A stretch of DNA of 46,533 nt from Chloracidobacterium sp. (GCA_043773225.1 JAYVFJ010000146.1:1-46533), one strand, 5' to 3'; counted from the first letter of the stretch, positions 36,579-46,455 are shown. Notes: generated by a model from the letters alone, not told the origin. Made by a program: numbers and translations.

Positions 36579-37778
36579 ATGAAAGGGAACATAAGAATTT
36601 TGCTCGTTTTGGCGGCATTTGTATTTGCATTTGCGGGCGCGGGGCTCTCGCAGGATGTTGATCCGGTTGAGCGGGCCGGCCGGTGGAAGGAGTTTAACAA
36701 ATATAATTTTGACAAGTTCAATTTCGCTAAATCAAGGCTCGCCAAAACACGCATCGCCAAGTTGAAAGAGGATGAATATGCCGACGATTTTGCTTTGCTG
36801 CGCGGGGTTGTGTTTGGCAAGCGCGGGCGTGTTTTTAAGGAACGCTCGATACAGGACTATCTTGAGAAGCAGGCTTGGTATAAGCCGAATCCGAAATTTA
36901 GCAATGCTGTTTTGACGACTGTCGAGAGGGCAAATCTCGATCTGATACGTCTCGCCGAGGCTGAAAAGCATCCGTTTGTCGAACCCGGAGACATGCGCAT
37001 CTGGAAGGTGAAACTTATCACCGACGACAATCTGCGCGATTACAGCGGCGCAGAGTTGACGATTCTGATCGGCGAGATCGAGGCGATTCACGGCAAGCCT
37101 TTTTCGGAAGAGTGGCTGCAGAAATATTTTGACGAGCGATATTGGTATAAGAAAAATCCTGCCTACGACGCGGCGGTGCTGACCGAGACCGAACGCAAAA
37201 ATATCGAGCGGCTGACAACCGAAAAAGAAAAGAACCGCAAGACCGCCATCTCGATCGGCGATATGGGTAATTTTCAAACTGTTCTGCTGACCGAGGACAA
37301 GCTCGCCGGTTTGAGTTTGAATGAGCTGCGGATATTGCGCGAGGAATTTTACGCGCGGCGCGGCAAGAAATTTGACGCACCGGGCATTCGCGATTATTTT
37401 ACCTGGCGCGACTGGTATCGGCCGGCAAAGAATCAGAAGGCCATCAAGCTGAACGCGACCGAGCAGAAGAATGTCGATCTACTCGCCTCATACGAAGCGA
37501 AGATACGCGAGTGGCTCTCGACAAATCCTGTCACCGACGAAACGCTCGGCTTTCTATTTGCCGAGGATCTTCGAGTTCTGAGAAACGAGATCTACGCCCG
37601 GCACGGCCGCGTGTTCAAGGACAAGCAACTGCAAAAATACTTTGAGACGCAATCGTGGTATAAAGCTGATCCGGAATTCATGGACGATCAGCTAAACGAG
37701 ATCGAGGTCCAGAATCTGGCAAAGATAAAAGAGGCCGAAGAAACCGCGACAAGCAAGTTCGCGGAAGCCGAGGGCTGA
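36579..37778 (+). CDS. Secreted YARHG-domain repeat protein
   Basis: Signal peptide MKGNIRILLVLAAFVFAFAGAGLSQ after a GGGAGG RBS. Repeated modules end in FYARRGKKFD and IYARHGRVFKD...WYK. Confidence 0.85.
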   Translation: MKGNIRILLVLAAFVFAFAGAGLSQDVDPVERAGRWKEFNKYNFDKFNFAKSRLAKTRIAKLKEDEYADDFALLRGVVFGKRGRVFKERSIQDYLEKQAWYKPNPKFSNAVLTTVERANLDLIRLAEAEKHPFVEPGDMRIWKVKLITDDNLRDYSGAELTILIGEIEAIHGKPFSEEWLQKYFDERYWYKKNPAYDAAVLTETERKNIERLTTEKEKNRKTAISIGDMGNFQTVLLTEDKLAGLSLNELRILREEFYARRGKKFDAPGIRDYFTWRDWYRPAKNQKAIKLNATEQKNVDLLASYEAKIREWLSTNPVTDETLGFLFAEDLRVLRNEIYARHGRVFKDKQLQKYFETQSWYKADPEFMDDQLNEIEVQNLAKIKEAEETATSKFAEAEG

Positions 37779-37840
37779 TAAAGCCAACGCTTCGGTTCCG
37801 CGTGCCGGAACCCTTGAATAAATTACAGTTTTGATTTAAT

Positions 37841-37902
37841 TCTAGCTGCTAGCTGCTAGCTGCCAGCTACTAGCCGCTAGGAGCTAGTGGCTAGGGGCTA
37901 GA
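37841..37902. repeat. Tandem heptamer array, 9 units of period 7 centred on CTAG (8 of 9 units carry CTAG)
   Basis: CTAG at 37842, 37849, 37856, (CCAG at 37863), 37870, 37877, 37884, 37891 and 37898. The array is self-complementary and can fold as a hairpin. Confidence 0.85.
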
Positions 37903-37935
37903 ACGAATTGCTTGCGCCAGTCTCATTATTTCTTT

Positions 37936-40182
37936 ATGAAAAATACGTTCATCGCCGCCTCGTTTATTGTTATTTGCGTTTCATTAACAAGTGCTCAGAT
38001 CACAACAGACACGCTCGTAAAGATCGTCAAAGCCGAGGATGCACGCGGTTATGACAGTGGGCTCGAAGATCTGCTTCGTTCGCCCGATCCGGCCGTTCGC
38101 AAACGTGCGGCGCTTGCCGCAGGCCGTATCGGCGATGAGAAGGCTGTCGCGGGATTGGCCGCATTATTGCGTGATGACAAATCGAATGACGTGCGGGCGA
38201 TGGCCGCGTTCGCCCTCGGTGAGATCGAATCGGTCAAAGCCGCCGATGCCATTTTGAAAGTTCTGAATGACACGGCTACGCCCGCTGTCGTTCGTGCCCG
38301 TGCCGTTGAAGCAGCAGGAAAGATCGTCGCCGCCAATCCGAAAGCCGCAGAATCAAAAAGCCTCGGCGAGGCGATTCTTCTAAAGCTTGACGAGCAGAAT
38401 CGGCCGAAAGCGAAACCTGATCGGGACACGGTGCTTCTCGGACTGACTGCTGCGGCAAGAGTGACGGCCACTGACGCAAAACGCCGCCGCCCTGACGACA
38501 CCGATTTTCTGACGGCGGAATTTTTGAAAAGCAAGGATGCGCGTGTTCGCGCCGACGCGGCAAATACGCTTGCCCGGCTGCGCGCAAATCAAGCAAATGC
38601 GGCCCTGCAAAAGATACTCACTTCGGACGCCGATCCTGTGGCGCGATCGAACGCAGCCCGAGCTCTTGGCTCGGCGGCAGACGTAAAAGCGTTTGATCTG
38701 CTTGTCAAAAGCGCGACCGAAGATTTTGATCTACGCGTCCGCGTTTCGGCAATGTCGGCGCTGGGCAGCCTCAGAAATCCAAAGGCTGCTGATAAGCTGA
38801 TCGAGCGTGGCGAAAAACTTCTCGTTGGTTATAAGAGTTCTAAGTTTGCTCACCCGGCGGAGAAAAATGAGCTGATAGTGATCGCGACGGTTTTGGGCAG
38901 GCTGCTTGCAGATTCGGGAAATGAGCGGACGGTCAAATTTCTCGACGAGCTTGTCCGGCTCGACGACGGCCACACTACGGAATTCTCGGTGGCGCGAATG
39001 CGTGTCAAGCCGGGCGATTTCACCATCTCGCCGACGGCGCTAAAAACAAGTTGGGGCTTGACCACGACGGCACAGGTCGCTGCCGAACTCGCCGCGATGT
39101 TTCCACGAACGGAAGAAGTCCAGAAAATGCGCACTGCGGCTCCCGCACTTCTGCGCCGGATGGCCGACCGGCTGTCAACGCCTTACACCGACGAGGACAA
39201 GAAAAACATTATCGCCGCAGCGGATTTCATCCGCGCTTTTGCTGCGTTTAAGCCAAAGGACCTTGACGTTTTTTTACGCATGCGCCTTGCGAACGATGAC
39301 GTGTTTGTCCGCACGGCCGCGGCCGAGCTTTTGGCCGAGCGGCCGTCCTCAAAGGAAAATATTGCGGCGCTTCAGCAAGCATTTGAATACGCATATAAAA
39401 CCGATAAAGATTATAACGACGCGCGGTTAGCCATAATGGACGCGCTATTTAAACTTGATAAAAAGGAAGCGGCCAAAACGCTTCAGACGGCGTTTAACTC
39501 CGCCGATTATCTGACTCGAAAAAAAGCACTCGATCTTCTTTCGGATACTCAATTGCGAAAGCTGGCGCCCGATGTCACGCCATTTGTCGAAAAGGCAATT
39601 GCAAGACGCACCAACCGCGTTTTTCCTTACACCGCAGCTTACGTGACAAAACTCGGCCAAATGATGAGCACGAAGGAAGAATACAACCGAGCGGTTTCGC
39701 GCAAGAACAGCACGGTAAAGGCGATCCTAAAAACTGAAAAAGGAACATTCACTATCGATTTTTATCCAGAAGACGCTCCGCTGACAGTAGATAATTTTAT
39801 CAAGCTTGCCCGCTCTGACTATTTCAACGGCGTTGAAGTTCACCGCGTCGTGCCCAATTTCGTTATGCAGGACGGCGATCCTCGCGGCGACGGCAATGGC
39901 GGCCCCGGCTGGTCGATCCGCTGCGAGATCAACATGCGCCCCTTTGATCGCGGAGCGGTTGGCATGGCTTTGTCGGGCAAAGACACCGGCGGCTCACAAT
40001 GGTTTGTCACGCATTCGCCTCAGCCGCATCTCGATGGCGGCTACACCGTCTTTGGCCGCGTGAACGAAATCGGCATGAAAGTCGTAGATACAATCGTGCG
40101 CGGAGACAAAATAATCAGCGTGATAATAATCGAAAGCGGATTCACCACAAAGACACAAAGGACACAAAGAAAGAAAAAGTAG
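37936..40182 (+). CDS. Secreted HEAT-repeat protein with C-terminal cyclophilin-type peptidyl-prolyl isomerase domain
   Basis: Signal MKNTFIAASFIVICVSLTSAQ. HEAT-like repeats (PDPAVRKRAALAAGRIGD, NDVRAMAAFALGEI). PPIase motifs HRVVPNFVMQDGDP, GAVGMALSGKDTGGSQWFVT and GGYTVFGRV. Confidence 0.85.
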   Translation: MKNTFIAASFIVICVSLTSAQITTDTLVKIVKAEDARGYDSGLEDLLRSPDPAVRKRAALAAGRIGDEKAVAGLAALLRDDKSNDVRAMAAFALGEIESVKAADAILKVLNDTATPAVVRARAVEAAGKIVAANPKAAESKSLGEAILLKLDEQNRPKAKPDRDTVLLGLTAAARVTATDAKRRRPDDTDFLTAEFLKSKDARVRADAANTLARLRANQANAALQKILTSDADPVARSNAARALGSAADVKAFDLLVKSATEDFDLRVRVSAMSALGSLRNPKAADKLIERGEKLLVGYKSSKFAHPAEKNELIVIATVLGRLLADSGNERTVKFLDELVRLDDGHTTEFSVARMRVKPGDFTISPTALKTSWGLTTTAQVAAELAAMFPRTEEVQKMRTAAPALLRRMADRLSTPYTDEDKKNIIAAADFIRAFAAFKPKDLDVFLRMRLANDDVFVRTAAAELLAERPSSKENIAALQQAFEYAYKTDKDYNDARLAIMDALFKLDKKEAAKTLQTAFNSADYLTRKKALDLLSDTQLRKLAPDVTPFVEKAIARRTNRVFPYTAAYVTKLGQMMSTKEEYNRAVSRKNSTVKAILKTEKGTFTIDFYPEDAPLTVDNFIKLARSDYFNGVEVHRVVPNFVMQDGDPRGDGNGGPGWSIRCEINMRPFDRGAVGMALSGKDTGGSQWFVTHSPQPHLDGGYTVFGRVNEIGMKVVDTIVRGDKIISVIIIESGFTTKTQRTQRKKK

Positions 40183-40229
40183 AAAACCCAATCTTATTAA
40201 CTTTGTGCTCTTTGTGCCTTTGTGGTGAA
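40141..40229. repeat. Long hairpin (29-nt arms, 26/29 paired) with arms of 8-nt tandem units (cacaaaga/cacaaagg)
   Basis: ttcaccacaaagacacaaaggacacaaag pairs with ctttgtgctctttgtgcctttgtggtgaa across a 31-nt loop. The PPIase stop codon (40180-40182) is in the loop. Confidence 0.7.
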
Positions 40230-40234
40230 AAAAT

Positions 40235-40720
40235 ATGACAGAGATCGAACAACGAAAGCAGATCGAAGTTGAAAAAGGTCTCGACGATCTCGCCTTTTAT
40301 CTCGACGGGCTATTTCGCGTTCCGGGAACGGGTTGGCGGTTCGGGCTTGATGCTTTGATCGGCCTGATCCCGAATGTCGGCGACACGCTCACGTCGTTCG
40401 CGTCGTTCTACATCCTCGTTGCGGGCGTCCGCTACGGCGTGCCTAAGATCACTCTGCTGCGGATGGCGTTCAATATCGGGCTGGATTATCTCGTCGGGAT
40501 AATTCCGTTTATCGGCGACGCGTTTGATTTTTTCTGGAAATCCAACCGCCAAAATATGAACCTCATCCGCACCCGCGCCGCCGGCCACGGCAAAGGCAAA
40601 ACGAGCGATTACATATTTGTCTTCGGACTGATCGGGCTGCTGATCCTGCTGCTTATCGGCTCGATCATTGCGAGCGGGCTTATACTGTATTGGGTTCTAA
40701 CCAGTCGCTCATTATTTTGA
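40235..40720 (+). CDS. DUF4112-family membrane protein
   Basis: FRVPGTGWRFGLDALIGLIPNVGDTLTS and IPFIGDAFDFFWKSNRQN are characteristic. Confidence 0.8.
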   Translation: MTEIEQRKQIEVEKGLDDLAFYLDGLFRVPGTGWRFGLDALIGLIPNVGDTLTSFASFYILVAGVRYGVPKITLLRMAFNIGLDYLVGIIPFIGDAFDFFWKSNRQNMNLIRTRAAGHGKGKTSDYIFVFGLIGLLILLLIGSIIASGLILYWVLTSRSLF

Positions 40721-40952
40721 AGTTTACCCGCGCTTTTTCATTTCCACTCGTTAACCTGTATAATTTTGAGTTTAGTTGATCGGTGCAGAGAGGCAACTTT
40801 TGACAGGCCGCCAGAATCTTAAAGGCGAGTAAATTTGACTTTGAAATGCCGTTTTTGTCGGCTTTTCGTTTTACTTCATATCGAGAGCACCGGCTGGCAA
40901 AAAGCTCACAGTATCTCTTTAATTTACACAGAGTAGGGAAATTTCGCTTTTT

Positions 40953-43900
40953 ATGTTTATCGCACGCGCACTCGGATTTGTTGTATTGGTTTCGGCTTTT
41001 TTAGTTCCGCCGGCCGTTGCCAACACCAAATTGATCGCACATCAGCAGGTTGTCGAAAGCGTTGATATTCAGGGCAATCGCCGTCTGCGCGACGAAGATT
41101 TGCTTTATTACATAAAAACGCGGGCCGGTGACGTTTATGACCCTGCCGCTCTTGAACGCGATCTCAAGGAACTGCTCTCGCTCAACTTTTTTGATAAAAC
41201 TGCGACCCGTGTGCTCGTCGAGGATGGAGTGCAAGGCGGCGTAAATGTCATTTTTGAGGTGCGCGAATTGCCGATCATCCGCGATCTTCAGTTCAAAGGC
41301 TCGGGTGCGATCACCGAATCTGACATCCTCAAGGAATTTCGAGAAAAGCGCGTCGGCATTTCAAAAGAAGCCGTTTACGACCCTGTCAAAACCAACGCTG
41401 CCAAGCGGACACTGCGAGAAATGTTGGCGTCAAAAGGTTACCCGAACGCAAAGGTCACGGTTCAGGCGGACGAGGTTTCGGCCACGTCGGTCGCTGTCAC
41501 GTTTGACATAGATCAGGGCAACCGCTCGCGTATTGTCGAGATTGATTTTGAAGGGAACCAACACTTTAAAGATAGTGAACTTCGCGGTGCTTTGCAGTAT
41601 GTAAAAGAAACCGGTCTGATATCCCGCGTTAAGGGAATGGACATTCTCGATCTTAGAAAACTAGAGGCCGACCTTCAGCGAAACGTCCGCGCTTATATGT
41701 GGTCTAAGGGTTATTTCCAAGCACGGGTTGGCGAACCGGAAGTCGTCGGCCTCGGCTATAAGCGGACTGGGCCACCGCTCATAGGCAGCCTACCGTTGCC
41801 TCTCATCACTTCAAAAGACGATACGTTAAAGATAAAAGTCCCTGTTAGCGAAGGGAAAGTTTTTCGTGTCGGTGTATTAAAGGTTGAGGGAAATTCTATC
41901 TTTTCGGAGCAACAGATACTTTCATACGTCGGCCTGAAAACGGGCGAGATAGCCGATGGCAAACGCCTTCAGGATGCGCTCTATGAAGACCTGAAAAAGG
42001 TTTACGGCTCGCAGGGGTTTGTTCAATATAATGCGGAACCCGAAAGGGAAATGAAAGACAGCCCGACAAATCCGAACGAAGGAATAGTTGATATAACCAT
42101 CACCATAGATGAGGGCAAACAGTTCACGCTTCGCCGGCTTGAATTTAGCGGCAACACATTTACGCGTGACAAAGTGTTGCGGCGTGAGTTTTTGCTCAAC
42201 GAAGGCGATATTTACAATCAGAATTATCTTGAGATCTCGCTCGCCCGCCTTAACCAGACTCAGTATTTCGACCCGCTCGACAAGGACCAGGACGTTGAGA
42301 TCCGCACCGATGAGGAAAAAGGCGACGTTGATCTGATCGTCAAGGTAAAAGAAAAAGGCCGCCAGCAAATTTCATTTAACGGCGGAATTTCGGGCATCGG
42401 CGGTTCGTTTTTTGGACTCGAATATTCGACAAACAATCTGGCCGGACGAGGCGAGATTTTGTCGATCAATTTGGGTGCGGGAAACCGGCAGCAGAGTTTG
42501 CAGTTCAGCTATCAGGAGCCATATTTCCGCGACCGTCCGATCTCGGTTGGTTTTTCGGCTTTTGCCAGCAAGTATAAATTCTTTGGCGAAGGGACATTTC
42601 TGACGCAAAACACCGATGTTCTAAACGCCCTCTTTGACCCGCTCGGATCTATCAGAACCGACGAGAGCAATCTTTTTACGCAAACAACGATGGGCGGAAA
42701 TATTTTTGCGACAGCGCCGCTCTCCGAGATCTTTTTTAAGAAACGCCGATTTACGCAATTTTCGCGTATCGGCTTGACCTATCAGTTATCGGCGACAAGC
42801 ATCGCCGATCCGGAGGTAAATGCCTCAGCCGACCCGGCGGCGAGAATACCGGTTCTTTACCGCCAGCCAAATATTATTACAAGTCAGATAACAGGCTCAT
42901 TCGTTTACGACACGCGTCAGCCTGCCAAAAACGGTATTGACACCATCGGCGGCAAACAGCTTTCATTCTCGATAGGATTTGCCGGCCTGGGCGGCGCGGT
43001 GCGAACTTATCAGCCGTCCATTTCTTATTCACAGTTTATCCCGATCAGAAAAACGAGATCAAAAAATCCAGAGATTTTAGCATTCAGGCTGCAAGCGGGC
43101 ACGATACAGTCGTGGTCTATCACCAGCAAAATTCGTAACGCGAACTCGATCGGATTTATCGGCGGCGTTCCGGCATATTCGCGTTATTTTCTCGGCAGCG
43201 AAAATGACATTCGCGGTTATGAATCGCGTTCTATCGGGCCGGTCGCTCCGTTTGACACCTATATCACCAGCCGCGATGTGGTTGTTGCGACAAATGGTTC
43301 GGGAACACCCAACACCAACACGGGACTCGACACCCGAACCACGAACGAGCTTATTTCTATCGGCCAGCTCACAGGCATCACCGGAGCGAACCCTGCATTA
43401 TTCTCGCGTAATTACCGTTTTATCGGCGGCGACACGCAACTGTTGGCCAATGTCGAATATCGCCTGCCGATATTTGGCCCCGCCACCATGGCGATATTTG
43501 CCGATGTCGGGTCGGTTTTTAATCTTCGCAAAACCGGCTCGCAGATCATCAACAGTGAATTCCTGCCTGATGAAACATTCATCGGGGCGTCGCGGTTGAC
43601 TGCTTTGGGTTTGATAAACACGCCTGTTCTCGAGAGCAGTTTTGGCAGCATTTTGTATTATCGCGGGCGGGTGATGACAAAGACCGACTTTATCAATGAA
43701 TTTTGCCGCGGCAACCGTTTTGGCTGCCCGACCAGCCTTTCGCCGCAGGTGCAGCAGCTTTATCTGCGAGGCGATGTCCAGCAGAATTCGATCCTGCGAA
43801 CCGATGTTGCGAGTTTTAGCAAGTTTAGTAATTATAAAGCCAGCGTCGGAGTAGAATTGCGTGTGCAGGTTCCGGTGGTTAACGTGCCGTTTCGCATCTT

Positions 43901-44009
43901 TTACTACTACAACCCAAATGCAAAGCTCGGTTTTACCGAGGAGCTGCCGGGAATATTCCTGCCCGGAAAGCGCTCAGGCGTGAAATTTACCGTTGGCCGG
44001 ACGTTTTAA
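40953..44009 (+). CDS. bamA: Outer-membrane protein assembly factor BamA (POTRA repeats plus Omp85 barrel), long form
   Basis: 1018 aa. Signal peptide, POTRA-like units (VESVDIQGNRRLRDEDLLYYIKTRAGDVYD, IRDLQFKGSGAITESDILKEF, IVEIDFEGNQHFKDSELR), a barrel, and a terminal ...FTVGRTF. Confidence 0.9.
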   Translation: MFIARALGFVVLVSAFLVPPAVANTKLIAHQQVVESVDIQGNRRLRDEDLLYYIKTRAGDVYDPAALERDLKELLSLNFFDKTATRVLVEDGVQGGVNVIFEVRELPIIRDLQFKGSGAITESDILKEFREKRVGISKEAVYDPVKTNAAKRTLREMLASKGYPNAKVTVQADEVSATSVAVTFDIDQGNRSRIVEIDFEGNQHFKDSELRGALQYVKETGLISRVKGMDILDLRKLEADLQRNVRAYMWSKGYFQARVGEPEVVGLGYKRTGPPLIGSLPLPLITSKDDTLKIKVPVSEGKVFRVGVLKVEGNSIFSEQQILSYVGLKTGEIADGKRLQDALYEDLKKVYGSQGFVQYNAEPEREMKDSPTNPNEGIVDITITIDEGKQFTLRRLEFSGNTFTRDKVLRREFLLNEGDIYNQNYLEISLARLNQTQYFDPLDKDQDVEIRTDEEKGDVDLIVKVKEKGRQQISFNGGISGIGGSFFGLEYSTNNLAGRGEILSINLGAGNRQQSLQFSYQEPYFRDRPISVGFSAFASKYKFFGEGTFLTQNTDVLNALFDPLGSIRTDESNLFTQTTMGGNIFATAPLSEIFFKKRRFTQFSRIGLTYQLSATSIADPEVNASADPAARIPVLYRQPNIITSQITGSFVYDTRQPAKNGIDTIGGKQLSFSIGFAGLGGAVRTYQPSISYSQFIPIRKTRSKNPEILAFRLQAGTIQSWSITSKIRNANSIGFIGGVPAYSRYFLGSENDIRGYESRSIGPVAPFDTYITSRDVVVATNGSGTPNTNTGLDTRTTNELISIGQLTGITGANPALFSRNYRFIGGDTQLLANVEYRLPIFGPATMAIFADVGSVFNLRKTGSQIINSEFLPDETFIGASRLTALGLINTPVLESSFGSILYYRGRVMTKTDFINEFCRGNRFGCPTSLSPQVQQLYLRGDVQQNSILRTDVASFSKFSNYKASVGVELRVQVPVVNVPFRIFYYYNPNAKLGFTEELPGIFLPGKRSGVKFTVGRTF

Positions 44010-44014
44010 AGAAT

Positions 44015-44088
44015 GCGCAAGCCCGCGCGTAAGCAAGGGCGATACATCCAACGTTCGCTATCGCCCTTACTGACGTGCGGGCTTGGGC
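44015..44088. repeat. REP-like palindromic element, copy 2
   Basis: gcgcaagcccgcgcgtaagcaagggcg ... cgcccttactgacgtgcgggcttgggc, starting 6 nt after the bamA stop. Both arms and loop (acatccaacgtt vs acacccaacatt) resemble 16705-16780. Confidence 0.7.
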
Positions 44089-44228
44089 AAGCTGGATGAT
44101 TGACATTGTCAGCCCTTTTAATTACCATTGCTATTTTTTGAATCACCAAGCAACAGTTTTGGTTAAAATGGTCTCAAACAATATTAGGATTTTGATCGGC
44201 CAGGAGTTTTAAGGAGTTTTACACAATA

Positions 44229-44846
44229 ATGAAAAGAATCAGTTTATTTATCGCCGGCTTCGTGTTTGCGGTTGTTTTTGCGGGATCGGCTTTTGCACAG
44301 ACGCCCGCACCGGTTAAGATCGGGGTCATCAACACATTTGCCTTTGGCGATGAAAAAGTGGGCATCACTAAATATATTAATGCTTTAAAAAGCCTCAATG
44401 CCGAATTTGCTCCGGCGCAAGTGGAATTGGACACTTTGTCCAAAAAGCTAACCGCTCTCGCTAAAGAAGTGCAACTGCTGCGTGAACAGGCAGCCAGCGG
44501 AAAAGTCCCTATTGATGAAAAAGCCGCACAGGCCAAAGTAGAAGAAGCCGAAAGACTCCAGCGCGACATTAAATTTAAGCAAGAGGATGCAAAGGCTCGC
44601 TATGAAAGGCGGCAGCAGGCAGTCATTGGCCCCGTAATGCAGGATATCGGCAAGGCCGTTAATGATTTTGCCAAACAAAAGGGATATACCCTTATCCTCG
44701 ACATCGCGAAGGATGAAGCAGGGTTTTTGCTTGCCATCGGCGATGAGAAAATTGACGTAACCAAGGATTTTATTACGTTTTACAATGCCCGTCCGGCAGC
44801 CACAGCATCCACCGCCAGTCCGCCGGCCCCGCCGAAACAACAGTAA
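44229..44846 (+). CDS. skp: OmpH/Skp-family periplasmic chaperone
   Basis: 205 aa with a signal peptide and coiled-coil (ELDTLSKKLTALAKEVQLLREQ, QRDIKFKQEDAKARYERRQQ). It occupies the position downstream of bamA. Confidence 0.85.
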   Translation: MKRISLFIAGFVFAVVFAGSAFAQTPAPVKIGVINTFAFGDEKVGITKYINALKSLNAEFAPAQVELDTLSKKLTALAKEVQLLREQAASGKVPIDEKAAQAKVEEAERLQRDIKFKQEDAKARYERRQQAVIGPVMQDIGKAVNDFAKQKGYTLILDIAKDEAGFLLAIGDEKIDVTKDFITFYNARPAATASTASPPAPPKQQ

Positions 44847-44931
44847 ATTACGCCTTACTTCATATCCCTTTAGCCGGTGAATTGTGATTTACCGGCTTTT
44901 GGTTTATATAATGTCTATTCACGCTAGTTTT

Positions 44932-45384
44932 ATGACGATCCTAGACTCGATACAGATCCAAGAGATATTGCCGCACAGATACCCGTTTCTGTTCGTTGAT
45001 AAAGTGATCGAACTAGAGCCGCTCAAGCGAATTGTCGGCGTCAAACAGGTCACGATCAACGAGCCATTTTTTGCCGGGCATTTTCCGGGTGCTCCGGTCA
45101 TGCCCGGCGTTCTGCAGATCGAGGCGCTTGCTCAGGTCGGAGCCATACTCGTGCTCAGAGAATTTGAGGATCGGGAAAACAAAATACCATTCTTCACCGC
45201 CATCGAATATGCAAAATTTCGCCGTCCCGTGGTGCCCGGCGACACGCTCATGCTCGAGGTGACAGCCCTTCGGATCGGCAGCAAAGTGCAAAAAATGCGC
45301 GGCGTGGCGACAGTCGGTGGCCAGGTCACGGCCGAGGCCGAGATCATGTGCATAATCGCCAACAGAACTGATAAGCAGGATTAA
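44932..45384 (+). CDS. fabZ: 3-hydroxyacyl-ACP dehydratase FabZ
   Basis: ILPHRYPFLFVDKVIELEP and GHFPGAPVMPGVLQIEALAQ. The start is 44932 (MTILD) or 44911. Confidence 0.9.
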   Translation: MTILDSIQIQEILPHRYPFLFVDKVIELEPLKRIVGVKQVTINEPFFAGHFPGAPVMPGVLQIEALAQVGAILVLREFEDRENKIPFFTAIEYAKFRRPVVPGDTLMLEVTALRIGSKVQKMRGVATVGGQVTAEAEIMCIIANRTDKQD

Positions 45385-45389
45385 TTTAT

Positions 45390-45665
45390 ATGGATATAAC
45401 TACAATGACCGCACGGGAAATAATGCTCTACAGCATCCTCTTAAATACAGGTGTCGGTTTAGTATTAGGGTTGATCCCTTTGATAACGGGCATCATAAAG
45501 GAAAATCGTAAGTTTGGTCTTTTTGGTTTACTCGGTTCGATTGGCGGCGGCGCACTGCTTGGGATTTATCTTGCAATTCCTGTTGCTGCAATTTTCACAT
45601 GGTTGATAATTCGTAATTCAAAAAAACCTGGAACGAGTGCAACTGTAAACCAAAGGGACAGTTAA
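45390..45665 (+). CDS. Small hypothetical membrane protein (2-3 TM)
   Basis: 91 aa with hydrophobic segments IMLYSILLNTGVGLVLGLIPLITGI and LLGIYLAIPVAAIFTWLII. It is tightly packed between fabZ and lpxA. Confidence 0.55.
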   Translation: MDITTMTAREIMLYSILLNTGVGLVLGLIPLITGIIKENRKFGLFGLLGSIGGGALLGIYLAIPVAAIFTWLIIRNSKKPGTSATVNQRDS

Positions 45666-45675
45666 TATCGCCCCT

Positions 45676-46455
45676 ATGTCCCAGTTTATCCACGCATCTG
45701 CCATTGTCAGCCAGAAGGCAAAGATCGGTTCCGATTGTTATATCGGGCCTTTTTGCACAATTGGCGATCAAGTGACGGTGGGCGATCGTGTCCGTCTCGA
45801 TTCTCACGTGGCGGTTGACGGCAAAACGTCGATAGGAGAAGACACGCATATATTTCCATTTGTTTCGATCGGCCACGCGCCGCAGGATCTGAAATACGCC
45901 GGCGAACCGACCGCGACCGAGATCGGAAAACGCAATCAGATCCGCGAATTTGTGACCATTCACCGGGGCACTGTCGGCGGCGGAGGTTTGACAAAGGTCG
46001 GCGATGACAATCTGTTGATGGCGCAATCTCACGTTGCGCACGACTGCAAACTCGGCAACGAGATCATCATGGCAAACGCGGCAACGCTCGCCGGCCACGT
46101 CGAGATCGCAGACAAAGCCAGCGTCGGAGCCTACTCCGGCGTTCATCAATTTTGCCGCATCGGTTACGAAGCGTTTATCGGCGGCTATTCCGTGGTCGTA
46201 AAAGACGCGATGCCGTTTGCCATCATCCAGGGCAATCACGCCAAATGTTACGGCCTCAACAGCCTCGGCATGAAGCGTCGCGGTTATTCAAAAGAGACAA
46301 TAAAAAATCTAAACCACGCTTTTCACCTTCTGCTCTCGGCCAAATTGAACACCACTCAAGCTGTTGACCGCATTGCGTCAGAGATCAGTGGTTGCCCAGA
46401 AGTCGATCTATTAAGAGAATTTATCACAACCTCAAAACGAGGCGTCGTAAAATAG
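45676..46455 (+). CDS. lpxA: Acyl-ACP--UDP-GlcNAc O-acyltransferase LpxA
   Basis: Left-handed beta-helix hexapeptide repeats (IHASAIVSQKAKIGSDCYIGPFCTIGDQVTVGDRVRL), GHAPQDLKY, and a helical C-terminal domain. Confidence 0.9.
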   Translation: MSQFIHASAIVSQKAKIGSDCYIGPFCTIGDQVTVGDRVRLDSHVAVDGKTSIGEDTHIFPFVSIGHAPQDLKYAGEPTATEIGKRNQIREFVTIHRGTVGGGGLTKVGDDNLLMAQSHVAHDCKLGNEIIMANAATLAGHVEIADKASVGAYSGVHQFCRIGYEAFIGGYSVVVKDAMPFAIIQGNHAKCYGLNSLGMKRRGYSKETIKNLNHAFHLLLSAKLNTTQAVDRIASEISGCPEVDLLREFITTSKRGVVK

